NCBI GenBank assembly: GCA_965223325.1
Contig: CBDCWI010000001.1
Span: 2,080,091-2,144,090 of the forward strand
Source: Candidatus Multivoradales bacterium
GTDB taxonomy: Bacteria; Acidobacteriota; Thermoanaerobaculia; Multivoradales; Multivoraceae
Length of the DNA: 64,000 nucleotides
Direction of reading: 5' to 3'
Shown here: one piece after another, positions 10,901 through 20,133 of the stretch
Numbering within the stretch: position 1 is the first letter of the stretch
Layout: each line of letters begins with the position of its first letter
Made by a program: the position numbers and the translations under genes
The notes under the pieces: model-generated
What the model was told of the DNA's origin: nothing
The model's input: the letters and a program-made list of their open reading frames with translations, nothing else
Database searches by the model: none

Positions 10901-11260
10901 GGATACGGCGACGAGCCCCAGACTGCAGCCGCGGAGCTCAACAAGAAGCTCGAGGAGATCGAGGGAGAACTCACTCAGCTCAAGGGCGAGAGCAGTCAAG
11001 ACTCGTTGAATTTCCCGGGTCGCCTCGACCAGCAGGTCAACGGACTCTACGGCGGCATCGTGGGCAGTCCGCCACCGGTCGGCTCGGGAATCACCGAGCG
11101 CTGGGCCGATCTGGAACCGACGCTGAAGCCGCTATTCGACAGGATCCACGAGATCTACGACAGCGATCTGGTGGCATTCAACGAGATGGTGGCGGCGAAC
11201 GGGCAGCGGGTCTTGCTGAAGAACCCAGAGCCGGTCGAGGTGTCGGTAGAAGCCGAGTAG
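7967..11260 (+). CDS. Secreted BNR/Asp-box (VPS10/sortilin-like) beta-propeller glycosyl hydrolase-like protein
   Basis: Many S/T-x-D-x-G-x-S/T-W Asp boxes; signal peptide from ATG 7967. Confidence 0.88.
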   Translation: MSLLPWRKSCLAVLTAILLFPFGPALAQNDADRQAEEVDPNQTMDPKAFEGLEFSHTGFMRGGRSTAVSGIPDDPLTYFAGYTGGGVWKTSDAGISWENISDGHFNVASIGDIKIAPSDQNVIYVGTGSGCPRGNISMGDGIYKSTDAGKSWSHVFQPGFVQIPEMVIHPQNPDLVYAAVLGDVFGPNEERGIYKTTDGGESWEKILFVSNETGFNDIEMHPKNPRILYASAWSVYRKPWTIHSGSEDGGIWRSKDAGETWEKVEGGLPKGVLGKIDVTISPANPDRIWALIEAPMPLGGVYRSDDGGETWRPMSKERKLLQRAWYYIHIFADPKDENTVYAMNTGFYKSIDGGKTFSESFNPRHGDNHDLWINPDNPLYSVSGNDGGVNVSLNGGKTFSEQMNQPTAEFYRVTVDDDFPYNVYGAQQDNSTAAMRAAAGGGSFFGGGGADFFEVGGGESGHIAVDPRNNKVIYAGSYGGAITRMDRESGVTRSVRAYEDSPTGQQAADLKYRFQWNAPIRISPHDPDVVYHTSQYVHRTRNAGIDWEVISPDLTTNNGEYQLYSGSTGITQDNTGVEVYTTIFAFEESALTAGLLWAGSDDGRVHISQDNGESWQDITPANIPEGGTVNMIDVSAHDPGRAHLAVYKYREQDYRPYIFQTNDYGESWKLLTDGTNGIPENHFVRVVRENPERRGMLFAGTEFGMWVSFDDGEHWQSFQLNLPVVPVTDMVIKDNDLVLATQGRAFYVLDDFSVLSQLTPEILEAPIALLDPLDGTQGAGSTQIAFVVNEISRDPIKMVITDPEGEVFLDKEGFVTEGDGGEENIRIPSFVPEEMKEQFIEAVKRGDTIGGFDLSVFLGSEDQLTVKPGLNRTPFTARWPAPYEVPEGTVQWSFGGGAGPAAIPGTYTVTMSMGDWSETKTFEWHPHPRWEATDAQYSEQLRLAKEIGAAGKLLYEELAQLRSVKSQASAIGKQLADNGYGDEPQTAAAELNKKLEEIEGELTQLKGESSQDSLNFPGRLDQQVNGLYGGIVGSPPPVGSGITERWADLEPTLKPLFDRIHEIYDSDLVAFNEMVAANGQRVLLKNPEPVEVSVEAE

Positions 11261-11511
11261 CCTCGTGAGAGGCGTCGGGAGCTTTCCCGAACGCCCAGGG
11301 GACCTCCGCTGACCACGCCAACGTGTCGCCTGCTTCGAAGCCGTCGGGAAAACCACATCGCGGTCGTCGTCCAGAATCAGGCCGCGAGGTCTCGGGGTTG
11401 TAAGCGCCCTCGTCCGTGGAGCGCGTGTTCGAGCACATCGAGCACGTCGACGCATCGAGGTAGACACCACGCCACCTGGCCACCACGCCACCTGGCGACG
11501 GAACACCGAAC

Positions 11512-11562
11512 CTTCACGGTTTCTTTACGAGGTCTTCATAAAGAAGCGCCAGTCTTCTTCAC
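11512..11562 (+). promoter_or_regulatory. Pho-box-like direct repeats upstream of the porin
   Basis: CTTCAC (11512), CTTTAC (11523), CTTCAT (11534) at 11-bp period, plus CTTCAC at 11557. Confidence 0.6.
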
Positions 11563-11624
11563 ATACCCGTGGGAGCGGTGCTCCCCACTTCTTCTCCTCT
11601 AGCTTGACAACAGGAACAGACGGC

Positions 11625-12875
11625 ATGAACACCCTCAGCCAGGAGCCTTGCTCCCACCAAAGACGACGGCTCGGTCGCTCGCTTTCCGCATTCTTGCTCG
11701 CACCCTGCGCAGTCCTCGGTCTCGCGACCTTGCCCGTGATGGCACACGAGGATGGCCCGAAGGCGTACTGGAAGAACGGCACGCGCATCGAGGCCGCTGA
11801 CGGCTCCTACGCAATCAAGATCGGTGGTCGCATCCAGGCCGACTTCTCAGCGGTCTCGGCCGATGACGAACTCGACCAACTCTTCGACTTCGAGGGTGGC
11901 TCCGAGTTCCGCCGCGCGCGCCTATTCGTCGAAGGAACTGTCTACAAGCGCTTCGAATTCAAGGCGCAGTACGACTTCGCCGGAGGCAGCTCCGACTTCA
12001 AGGACGTCTACGTCGGCATCAAGGGCATTCCAACTCTCGGCGGTATCCGCGTCGGTCACTTCAAGGAACCATTCGGCTTCGAAGAGCTGACCAGCTCGAA
12101 GTACATGCCGTTCGTCGAACGCTCCTTGAACAGCACGACCTTCGCGCCCTCGCGCAACATGGGCGTGCAGGCAAAGAACACCGCGGCCGACGGTCGCATG
12201 ACATGGGCCTTCGGTCTGTTCCAGGACATGGACAACTTCGGCGAGTCGCGCGGTGACGAGGTCAACGCGACCGCACGCCTCACGGGGCTACCGGTCTACC
12301 AGAACGACGGCGAGCACCTCCTCCATCTCGGCCTCGGCCTCTCACACCGCGGGCCGGTCGACGACGCCCAGCGCTACCGCACGCGTCCCGAGGCGCATCT
12401 CGCTCCGCGCCTCGTCGACACCGGCTCCTTCAGCGCCGACGCCGTCGATCTGATCGATCTCGAATTGGTCGCAGTGCAAGGTCCGTTCTGGGCCCAGGGC
12501 TCGTACACCCAGGCCGACGCCGACGTCATCGGCTCGGGCAGCGCGACCCTCTCGGGCTGGAACGTCCAGGCGGGCTGGTTCTTCACCGGCGAAACCAAGG
12601 CCTACAAGACCTCCTCTGGGGCTTTCGATCGCCAGAAGCCGGCTTCCGACTTCCTGAAGGACGGCGGTCCGGGCGCCTGGGAGATCGCGGTGCGGTACTC
12701 CACGATCGACCTCAACGACGGTCCGATCACGGGCGGCGAGCAGGACGGCTTGACCTTCGCGCTCAACTGGTACATGAACCCTGCCTTCCGAACCCAGCTG
12801 AACTACGTCAAGGCCGATCTCGACGGCGTCGGCGAAGTCGACTATGCGCTGCTCCGTTTTGCGATGGATTTCTAG
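11625..12875 (+). CDS. oprP: Phosphate-selective porin OprO/OprP family
   Basis: GGRIQAD, EFRRARL, KEPF..E.LTSS...F.ER, GAWE...RYS..DL, terminal Phe; lies upstream of pstS. Confidence 0.88.
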   Translation: MNTLSQEPCSHQRRRLGRSLSAFLLAPCAVLGLATLPVMAHEDGPKAYWKNGTRIEAADGSYAIKIGGRIQADFSAVSADDELDQLFDFEGGSEFRRARLFVEGTVYKRFEFKAQYDFAGGSSDFKDVYVGIKGIPTLGGIRVGHFKEPFGFEELTSSKYMPFVERSLNSTTFAPSRNMGVQAKNTAADGRMTWAFGLFQDMDNFGESRGDEVNATARLTGLPVYQNDGEHLLHLGLGLSHRGPVDDAQRYRTRPEAHLAPRLVDTGSFSADAVDLIDLELVAVQGPFWAQGSYTQADADVIGSGSATLSGWNVQAGWFFTGETKAYKTSSGAFDRQKPASDFLKDGGPGAWEIAVRYSTIDLNDGPITGGEQDGLTFALNWYMNPAFRTQLNYVKADLDGVGEVDYALLRFAMDF

Positions 12876-12878
12876 AAG

Positions 12879-12914
12879 CTTCACGCCACCTTCACGGCAA
12901 CTTCGTAACTTCAC
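12879..12914 (+). promoter_or_regulatory. Pho-box-like direct repeats upstream of pstS
   Basis: CTTCAC (12879), CTTCAC (12890), CTTCGT (12901) at 11-bp period, plus CTTCAC at 12909. Confidence 0.65.
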
Positions 12915-12993
12915 TGACCAGACCCAAAAACCGGCTCTACGAGCCTGACCGAACAGCGCCGCCGCCCAGCCGGAGGGCGCAGGAGATCTCAAA

Positions 12994-14019
12994 ATGAACC
13001 CTCAGAATGCCAGGCGGCTGCTCAGCCTCTTCTCCATCGTGGCGCTCGCCACCTTCACCCTCGTGGCCTGCGACAACGATGCCGGCGCCGACCGCACCGG
13101 TGAGGCTGCGGCCGGAGACCAGCTCGAAGGCACCGTCTCGATCGACGGCTCGAGCACCGTCTTCCCCATCACCGAGGCGGTCGCGGAAGAGTTCCGCAAC
13201 GTCGAGCCTAGAGTCCGCGTCACGGTCGGCGTCTCGGGAACCGGCGGCGGCTTCAAGAAGTTCGCCGCGGGTGAGACCGACATCAACGACGCCTCCCGCG
13301 CCATCAAGGAAAGCGAGCGCAGCGCCGCTGCCGAAGGCGCCATCGAGTACATCGAACTGCCGATCGCCTACGACGGCATCTCACTCGTCATCCACCCGGA
13401 GAACGACTGGGTAGACCACCTGACCGTCGACGAGGTCCACCGCATCTGGATGCCGGACTCCGAAGTCACCACCTGGGCAGACGTGCGCGCCGGCTGGCCG
13501 GCCGAGCCCATCACGCTCTTCGGACCGGGTCCCGACAGCGGCACCTTCGACTACTTCACCGATGCGATCAATGGCGACGAGGGCGCCATCCGACCAGACT
13601 TCACTGCCAGTGAGGACGACAACGTCATCGTTGCAGGTGTATCAGGAGATCCCCATGCCCTGGGCTTCTTCGGTTTCGCCTACTACGCGGAGAACAAGGA
13701 CAAGCTCCGCGTCGTCCCGGTCGACAATGGCGCAGGGGCGGTCGAGCCCTCGAACGAGACCATCAACAACGGGTCATACGCGCCGCTGTCGCGCCCGATC
13801 TTCATCTACGTGTCGCCGGCAGCTGCCGAACGGCCCGAGGTCGACGCCTTCGTCGACTTCTACCTCGACAATGTTGCCGCCCTCGCTCCTGAGGTTGGCT
13901 ACGTGGCGCTGCCAGACGCCCTGATGGCAGCCGCCAAGGCCCGCTACGAAGGACGGGTGGCCGGTAGCGTCTTCCCAAACGCTCCCGAGGACGCAACGCT
14001 CCTCGAGCTCTTCCAGTAG
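12994..14019 (+). CDS. pstS: Phosphate ABC transporter substrate-binding lipoprotein
   Basis: LVAC lipobox, [35 protein letters not shown]. Confidence 0.95.
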   Translation: MNPQNARRLLSLFSIVALATFTLVACDNDAGADRTGEAAAGDQLEGTVSIDGSSTVFPITEAVAEEFRNVEPRVRVTVGVSGTGGGFKKFAAGETDINDASRAIKESERSAAAEGAIEYIELPIAYDGISLVIHPENDWVDHLTVDEVHRIWMPDSEVTTWADVRAGWPAEPITLFGPGPDSGTFDYFTDAINGDEGAIRPDFTASEDDNVIVAGVSGDPHALGFFGFAYYAENKDKLRVVPVDNGAGAVEPSNETINNGSYAPLSRPIFIYVSPAAAERPEVDAFVDFYLDNVAALAPEVGYVALPDALMAAAKARYEGRVAGSVFPNAPEDATLLELFQ

Positions 14020-14127
14020 AGGCCCTTCCCTTTCCCCCCCGGAAGACTGCCTCCCGCAGAGCTGTGCGGCACCGCAAGGTGCCGTACAGCTGTCCTTCCG
14101 GACCACACTCTCTAGCGACGAGACTCG

Positions 14128-15096
14128 ATGGCGCCTTCCGTCCCAACCAACGCTGAACGCTCCGCAAGCGCCACGCATGCGGCTCGTGGGGTCATCAGGA
14201 GCCGTGGCGAACGGCTGCGTGCACGGTGGCCCGAGGAACTCATCCGGTTCTTCCTGATCGCCTGCGCCTTCGTCTCGATCGCCACGACTTTCGGCATCGT
14301 CCTCGTCCTGGCGAGGGAGTCGGCCGGCTTCTTCCAGGAGGTGCCGCTCACCGACTTCCTCTTCGGCACCCGCTGGACCCCGCTGATCGAGCCACGTGCG
14401 TTCGGCATCCTGCCGCTGCTCGCCGGCACCATGATGATCGTGCTCGGTTCTTCGCTGGTGGCTCTGCCCATCGGGCTCCTGTCGGCGATCTACCTCGCCG
14501 AGTACGCATCCGACCGGGTGCGAAACATCTTCAAGCCGGTGCTCGAGGTCCTCGCGGGCATTCCGACCGTGGTCTACGGCTACTTTGCGCTCACCTTCGT
14601 CACACCGGTCATCCGCCGCGTCCTCCCCGACACCCAGATCTTCAACGCGGCAAGTGCTTCGATCGTCGTCGGCATCATGATCCTGCCGATGGTCGCCTCG
14701 CTCTGCGACGACGCCCTGCGCGCCGTGCCCGATCACCTGAGACACGCCGCCACCGCTCTCGGCGCAACGCGCATGGAGGTCTCCCTGCGCGTGGTCACTC
14801 CGGCCGCACTCTCCGGTGTCCTGGCCAGCTTCGTGCTGGCGGTTTCACGCGCCATCGGCGAAACCATGGCCGTGACGATCGCGGCGGGAGCGACCCCCAG
14901 CCTCGATTTCGATTATCTCGAAAGCATCCAGACGATGACCGCGTACATCGTCCAGGTCAGCCTCGGCGACACTCCGGCAGGCACCATCGAGTACCAGACG
15001 ATTTTCGCGGTCGGCGCCCTGCTCTTCCTGATCACCCTCGGCATGAACCTGATCGCCGACCGCGTTCTGCGCCGCTTCCGTGAGGTCTACGACTGA
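14128..15096 (+). CDS. pstC: Phosphate ABC transporter permease
   Basis: [20 protein letters not shown]; operon position. Confidence 0.95.
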   Translation: MAPSVPTNAERSASATHAARGVIRSRGERLRARWPEELIRFFLIACAFVSIATTFGIVLVLARESAGFFQEVPLTDFLFGTRWTPLIEPRAFGILPLLAGTMMIVLGSSLVALPIGLLSAIYLAEYASDRVRNIFKPVLEVLAGIPTVVYGYFALTFVTPVIRRVLPDTQIFNAASASIVVGIMILPMVASLCDDALRAVPDHLRHAATALGATRMEVSLRVVTPAALSGVLASFVLAVSRAIGETMAVTIAAGATPSLDFDYLESIQTMTAYIVQVSLGDTPAGTIEYQTIFAVGALLFLITLGMNLIADRVLRRFREVYD

Positions 15097-15998
15097 TGGC
15101 CCGCCCCGTCGTGCGCATGACCGGAGCCACCCCGGTCGCCAGCCTCGCTCCGGGGCCGGGACTCGCCTGGCGACGCCGCAAGGCCGCCTTCTTCCGTGGC
15201 CTCTGCGCCTCGATGCTTCTGGTCGGCATCGTCTTCCTCGCCCTCCTGCTCTGGCAGGTGCTACGCCAGGGACTGCCGTGGCTCGATCTCCAGTTCCTGC
15301 AGAGCTTCCCGTCGCGCTTCCCAGAGAAGGCCGGCATCAAGTCAGCGCTCTGGGGAAGCATCTGGATGATCAGCCTCACCATCCTGATATCAGTGCCGGT
15401 TGGGGTCGGTGCGGCTCTGTATCTCGAGGAGTTCGCCAAGCAGGGTCGCTGGTCGACGTTCGTCCAGATCAACATTGCCAACCTCGCCGGCGTGCCATCG
15501 ATCGTCTACGGCATCCTCGGCCTGGTGATCTTCGTACGCTTCTTCGCCCTCGGGCGCAGCGTGCTGGCCGGTGCACTGACCATGAGCCTACTCATCCTCC
15601 CGGTGATCATCATCGCGGCACGCGAAGCGATCCGCGCCGTACCCCCCTCGATTCGACACGCCGCTCTGGCGTTGGGCGCAACCCGCTGGCAGGCCGTGCG
15701 CCACCACGTCCTCCCTGCCGCCGTTCCTGGCATCCTCACAGGAGTCATCCTCGCGATTTCGCGAGCGATCGGTGAGACCGCCCCCCTGATCATGATGGGC
15801 GCGCTGACCTATGTTGCCTTCGTGCCCGAGAGCCCGATGGACGCCTTCACCGCCCTGCCGATCCAGGTCTACAACTGGACCGCACGTCCACAGGCCGACT
15901 TCCACGACGTCGCCGCTGCGGGAATCATCGTTCTGCTCGTGGTGCTCTTCACCATGAATGCCGTGGCGGTCTTCCTTCGGCAGCGGGCCAGCCGCTGA
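15096..15998 (+). CDS. pstA: Phosphate ABC transporter permease
   Basis: [21 protein letters not shown]. Confidence 0.95.
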   Translation: MARPVVRMTGATPVASLAPGPGLAWRRRKAAFFRGLCASMLLVGIVFLALLLWQVLRQGLPWLDLQFLQSFPSRFPEKAGIKSALWGSIWMISLTILISVPVGVGAALYLEEFAKQGRWSTFVQINIANLAGVPSIVYGILGLVIFVRFFALGRSVLAGALTMSLLILPVIIIAAREAIRAVPPSIRHAALALGATRWQAVRHHVLPAAVPGILTGVILAISRAIGETAPLIMMGALTYVAFVPESPMDAFTALPIQVYNWTARPQADFHDVAAAGIIVLLVVLFTMNAVAVFLRQRASR

Positions 15999-16063
15999 AG
16001 GTCTTGCAACCCCTTGAATTCACTTCCGCCCCGAGCCCGTCCTCCCGGAGAAGCCCCAAGTCC

Positions 16064-16945
16064 ATGTCAGACTCCATCCCGATGACCGATCGATCCCAGG
16101 AAGGCACGCCACAAGGCCCCGCGCAGAAGAGGCCAGGTTCGTCTCTAGGCAGCACCGCGGTCGAGAGCGGATCTCCCGTCCCCGACGCTTCGAGCCTCCC
16201 CACCGCGCTCGAGGTCCGTTCGCTGACCATCGCCTATGGCGACAACGTGGCGGTCGATTCGATCGATCTAGCGATCCCACAGAACCACGTCACCTCGATC
16301 ATTGGTCCGTCGGGCTGCGGCAAGAGCACGCTGCTGCGTTCGCTCAATCGGATGAATGACCTCATTCCCACGGTCAACATCGAGGGCAGCATCCTCTACC
16401 ACGGGCTCGACCTCTACGCTCCCGAGGTCGATCCGGTAGAAGTCCGACGTCGCATCGGCATGGTCTTCCAGAAGCCCAACCCATTTCCGAAGTCGATCTA
16501 CAACAACGTCGCCTGGGGGCCACGCATCAACAAGATCCGCGGCGACCTGGACGCACTCGTCGAAGACTGCCTGCGCAAGGCTGCGCTCTGGGACGAGGTC
16601 AAGGATCGGCTCAACGAGTCAGCTACCGGACTCTCGGGCGGCCAGCAGCAGCGGCTGTGCATCGCGCGCACCCTGGCGATGTCGCCAGAGATCATCCTGA
16701 TGGACGAACCATGCTCCGCGCTCGACCCGGTCTCGACCGCGCGCATCGAGGACCTCCTCGACGAGCTCAAGGCCGAGTACACCATCGCGATCGTCACGCA
16801 CAACATGCAGCAGGCCGCAAGAGCCTCCGAGTTCACCGCCTTCTTGGAGGCGGGCAAACTCATCGAATTCGGACCCACCGACCTCCTCTTCACCAACCCG
16901 AAGCATCAGCGGACCGAGGACTATGTCACCGGCCGCTTCGGCTGA
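16064..16945 (+). CDS. pstB: Phosphate ABC transporter ATPase
   Basis: [41 protein letters not shown]; start uncertain. Confidence 0.95.
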   Translation: MSDSIPMTDRSQEGTPQGPAQKRPGSSLGSTAVESGSPVPDASSLPTALEVRSLTIAYGDNVAVDSIDLAIPQNHVTSIIGPSGCGKSTLLRSLNRMNDLIPTVNIEGSILYHGLDLYAPEVDPVEVRRRIGMVFQKPNPFPKSIYNNVAWGPRINKIRGDLDALVEDCLRKAALWDEVKDRLNESATGLSGGQQQRLCIARTLAMSPEIILMDEPCSALDPVSTARIEDLLDELKAEYTIAIVTHNMQQAARASEFTAFLEAGKLIEFGPTDLLFTNPKHQRTEDYVTGRFG

Positions 16946-16967
16946 CCTGCTCACGAGGATTCATCCT

Positions 16968-17642
16968 GTGCGACGCCACCTCGACCGCGACCTCGACCAG
17001 ATCCGGACCTCGATTCTCGAACTCGGAGTGATGGTTGAGCAGGCCACCCACACCGCTGTGCGCTCGCTGGTCGAGGGCAAGGTTGCGCTCGCCCGTGACG
17101 TCATCGAGGGTGATCGCCGCATCGACGCTCGCGAAATCGAAGTCGAGGAAGAGTGCCTCAAGACCCTCGCTCTCCATCAGCCGGTGGCAGGCGACCTCCG
17201 TCTCGTCATCGCCATCCTCAAGGTGAACAACGACCTCGAGCGGGTCGGCGACCTGGCGCGGAACATCGCGGAACGTGCCATCGAGCTCACTCCAGCGCGC
17301 TCGGTCATCCTGCCGGATCAGGTCATCGAGATGGCGGAACGCTCCCGCACCATGCTGCGGGAGGCGCTCCAGTCGATCATGCGCGCCGACGCCAGCCTGG
17401 CGCGCAAAGTCCTTCGCGACGACGAGGACGTCGACAACCTCCATCGTGAAATGTACGGGCTGACCACCCGGGCGATCGTCGAGAAGCCGGAGGACGGCGA
17501 ACAGGCGATGCGGCTGCTCTCGGTGTCACGATGTCTCGAGCGCATCGCGGATCTCGCCACCAACATGGCCGAGGACGTTGTCTTCCTGGTCGACGGCGAA
17601 GTCATCCGCCATCAGGAGAAGCTGGCCATGAAGAAGGACTGA
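16968..17642 (+). CDS. phoU: Phosphate signalling protein PhoU
   Basis: QPVAGDLR, DLERVGD, LERIADLATN; GTG at 16968 after GAGG. Confidence 0.93.
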   Translation: MRRHLDRDLDQIRTSILELGVMVEQATHTAVRSLVEGKVALARDVIEGDRRIDAREIEVEEECLKTLALHQPVAGDLRLVIAILKVNNDLERVGDLARNIAERAIELTPARSVILPDQVIEMAERSRTMLREALQSIMRADASLARKVLRDDEDVDNLHREMYGLTTRAIVEKPEDGEQAMRLLSVSRCLERIADLATNMAEDVVFLVDGEVIRHQEKLAMKKD

Positions 17643-17800
17643 GCGAAACACCGACGACCCGAAATCGAGGACTTTCGGCCGATCTTGACATCTGCCTTAC
17701 ATCGCTTTCGTAGGCTTCGAACGTTGCTGTCCCACCGGAACGATCGGAGGGCGAGAAGCCCACGAGCATCAGAGAGCCCGAGAAAAGCCGAAAGCAGACC

Positions 17801-18529
17801 ATGAGCGTCACCGCACGTGAGCAAGCCGTCATGACCGCCCACCGCATCGTCATCATCGAGGACGAAGCAGACATCCTGGAGGTGCTGCGCTACAACTTCG
17901 CCCGCGAGGGATACGAAGTCTCGACCGCGACCAACGGAATGGAGGGAATCAACGCGGTCCGTGCTGCGCTTCCAGACCTCGTCCTGCTGGATCTCCTGCT
18001 CCCAGGCCTCGACGGCATCGAGGTCTGCCGCCGCCTGAAGAACCAGTCGACGACCAGGGACATCCCGATCATCATGATCACGGCCAAAGGAGAAGAGAGC
18101 GACATCGTCCTCGGTCTCGGCATGGGAGCCGACGACTACATCACCAAGCCTTTCTCGCCGCGCGAGGTCCTTGCACGAGCCGGGGCTGTCCTCCGCCGCA
18201 GTACAGCCGGGACCGCCAGCGACGAGGAGCGCCCCTACCACTTCGGCCGGGTGACCGTCGACACTGCTCGCCACCAGGTGCTCATCGACGGCGAGGAGCA
18301 ACGCTTCACGGCGACAGAGTTCCGCCTGCTCTCCTTCCTCGCTCGCAACCCGCAGCGTGTGTTCACTCGCGAACAGCTGATCGATCGCGTGATCGGCGAT
18401 GGCGCCGTGGTCATCGACCGCAACATCGACGTCCACGTCCGCTCGGTACGCAAAAAGCTCGGCAACGAACGGGGCCTGATCGAGACGATCCGCGGCGTAG
18501 GCTACCGCCTGGCCCCTCGGAGCGACTGA
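17801..18529 (+). CDS. phoB: OmpR-family response regulator
   Basis: Receiver (IEDE, LLD, KPF) plus wHTH (DVHVRSVRKKL, IETIRGVGY); pst context. Confidence 0.85.
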   Translation: MSVTAREQAVMTAHRIVIIEDEADILEVLRYNFAREGYEVSTATNGMEGINAVRAALPDLVLLDLLLPGLDGIEVCRRLKNQSTTRDIPIIMITAKGEESDIVLGLGMGADDYITKPFSPREVLARAGAVLRRSTAGTASDEERPYHFGRVTVDTARHQVLIDGEEQRFTATEFRLLSFLARNPQRVFTREQLIDRVIGDGAVVIDRNIDVHVRSVRKKLGNERGLIETIRGVGYRLAPRSD

Positions 18530-18614
18530 AGAAGGCGACAGAAGGTGACAGAGGGTGGCCGGCGCCTCCTCGAAGCCAAACCCACGATTCGCTCCGTGAA
18601 AGACTCCGCCTACC

Positions 18615-19937
18615 GTGGTTAGAGGCAAGATCGTTCGGGCTCTCGTGCTCGCCTTCCTGGTCGCGAGCCTGCTGGTCTCGCTGCCGGCCGCCGTGGGCGT
18701 CGGCCATCTGCTCTCCGAGCAGCGCATCGCGGAAGCCGAACGCTTGCTCGAGCGTTCGGCAGGCCTCCTGGCGCGAACCGTGGCGCGGAGCCTCGAGATC
18801 GATGAACGGGCGGAGCGCTCCGGACCGCTCCTCCGCCGGCTTTCGCAGGAGACTCTCCTCGAGATGGCGCTCTTCGACGCGGAAGGACGGATCGTCGCGG
18901 CCTCGAACGCCGAAGCGCTCCCCGAACTGGACCTCTCCCGCTTCCCAATCGGTGAACCATCTCAGACGGTCGCGGCCGATGCCCTCCGTGGCCGCCGAGA
19001 ACATCTCGCCGTCGTGGTTCCGCTACGACGCCCGGCGCCCGGGAACCGCGGGCCGACCCTGCCATACAACCTCCTCGTCTCCGAGTCCTTCGGCTCCCTT
19101 CGAGCGGCGATCAACACGGCACGGATCATCATCTTGCTAGGAAGCCTGCTCTCGGCGCTGATGGCGGTCGCCGTCTCTTTCCTGCTCGCGGACCGCATCA
19201 CCGTTCCGGTATTCACCGAGCTTCGCCGCCTCGAGAGCATGCGGCGCGACTTCGTGGCCAACGTCTCACACGAACTCAAGACACCGTTGACCGCTTCGCA
19301 GGGAATGGTCGAGACTCTGATCGACGACCCGGAGATGGAGCCCAACACCAGACGACTCTTCCTCTTCAAGATCCGCGATCAGACCACCCGGCTAGGCGCA
19401 CTGGTCGACGACCTCCTCACCCTTTCGCGCATCGAGCGCGCTGGCGAGGCGCTCGACGTACAACCCATCGATCTCGGTGACGTCATCCAGCGAGCCATTG
19501 CCTCGAGGCGTCATCAAGCCAGCAACGCAGGGGTCACGATCGCCACCAAGCTCCAGGGCGAATGCATCGAGCTCGAAGCCGACCCCGCGGCCCTCGAGAT
19601 CGCCATCGTCAACCTGCTCGACAACGGCATCAAGTACGCCGGAGAGGGCGAGAGGGTGGAGATCCGGGCGCGGCGCGACGGGCGCCTGGTGGTCGTCTCA
19701 GTTGAAGACAGCGGCCCTGGAATCGACGCCGTGCACCTCGATCGCATCTTCGAACGCTTCTATCGCGTCGACGCCGGCCGTTCGCGTGCCGTCGGGGGGA
19801 CGGGGCTCGGCCTCGCCATCGTCAAGCACGTCGCACTGGCCCACGGCGGCGAGGTCACGGTCGAGAGCGAACCCGAGCATGGCACCTGCTTTCGGCTTTC
19901 GATCCCGGTCGTGTTCTCGGCAACGCAAGCCCGTTGA
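18615..19937 (+). CDS. phoR: Sensor histidine kinase
   Basis: RRDFVANVSHELKTPLT, NLLDNGIKY, FERFYRVD, GGTGLGLAIVKH. Confidence 0.85.
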   Translation: MVRGKIVRALVLAFLVASLLVSLPAAVGVGHLLSEQRIAEAERLLERSAGLLARTVARSLEIDERAERSGPLLRRLSQETLLEMALFDAEGRIVAASNAEALPELDLSRFPIGEPSQTVAADALRGRREHLAVVVPLRRPAPGNRGPTLPYNLLVSESFGSLRAAINTARIIILLGSLLSALMAVAVSFLLADRITVPVFTELRRLESMRRDFVANVSHELKTPLTASQGMVETLIDDPEMEPNTRRLFLFKIRDQTTRLGALVDDLLTLSRIERAGEALDVQPIDLGDVIQRAIASRRHQASNAGVTIATKLQGECIELEADPAALEIAIVNLLDNGIKYAGEGERVEIRARRDGRLVVVSVEDSGPGIDAVHLDRIFERFYRVDAGRSRAVGGTGLGLAIVKHVALAHGGEVTVESEPEHGTCFRLSIPVVFSATQAR

Positions 19938-19992
19938 CCGGCCGGCGTTTCACGAAGGCCCGCCGCGCTCCCTTCTCGATGCGAAGAAAAGA

Positions 19993-20020
19993 AGGCCTCG
20001 GAAGGGCACTTCCGAGGCCT
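19993..20020. terminator. Stem-loop terminator after phoR
   Basis: Perfect 12-bp inverted repeat aggcctcggaag-ggca-cttccgaggcct, preceded by an A-rich tract. Confidence 0.6.
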
Positions 20021-20133
20021 CGTATTGGAACCGACGTGGGGTCGTGCTCACAGGGAGCGAACACAGCTGAGGACGCCGCCGATCCCTGACCTGTAACGCC
20101 CGGCGGTGAAACCGGAAGGACAGTCTGCAAGCC

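Noticed and set aside
11465-11496. 16-bp tandem duplication caccacgccacctggc x2
   Set aside because: Only two units in an intergenic region; probably slippage
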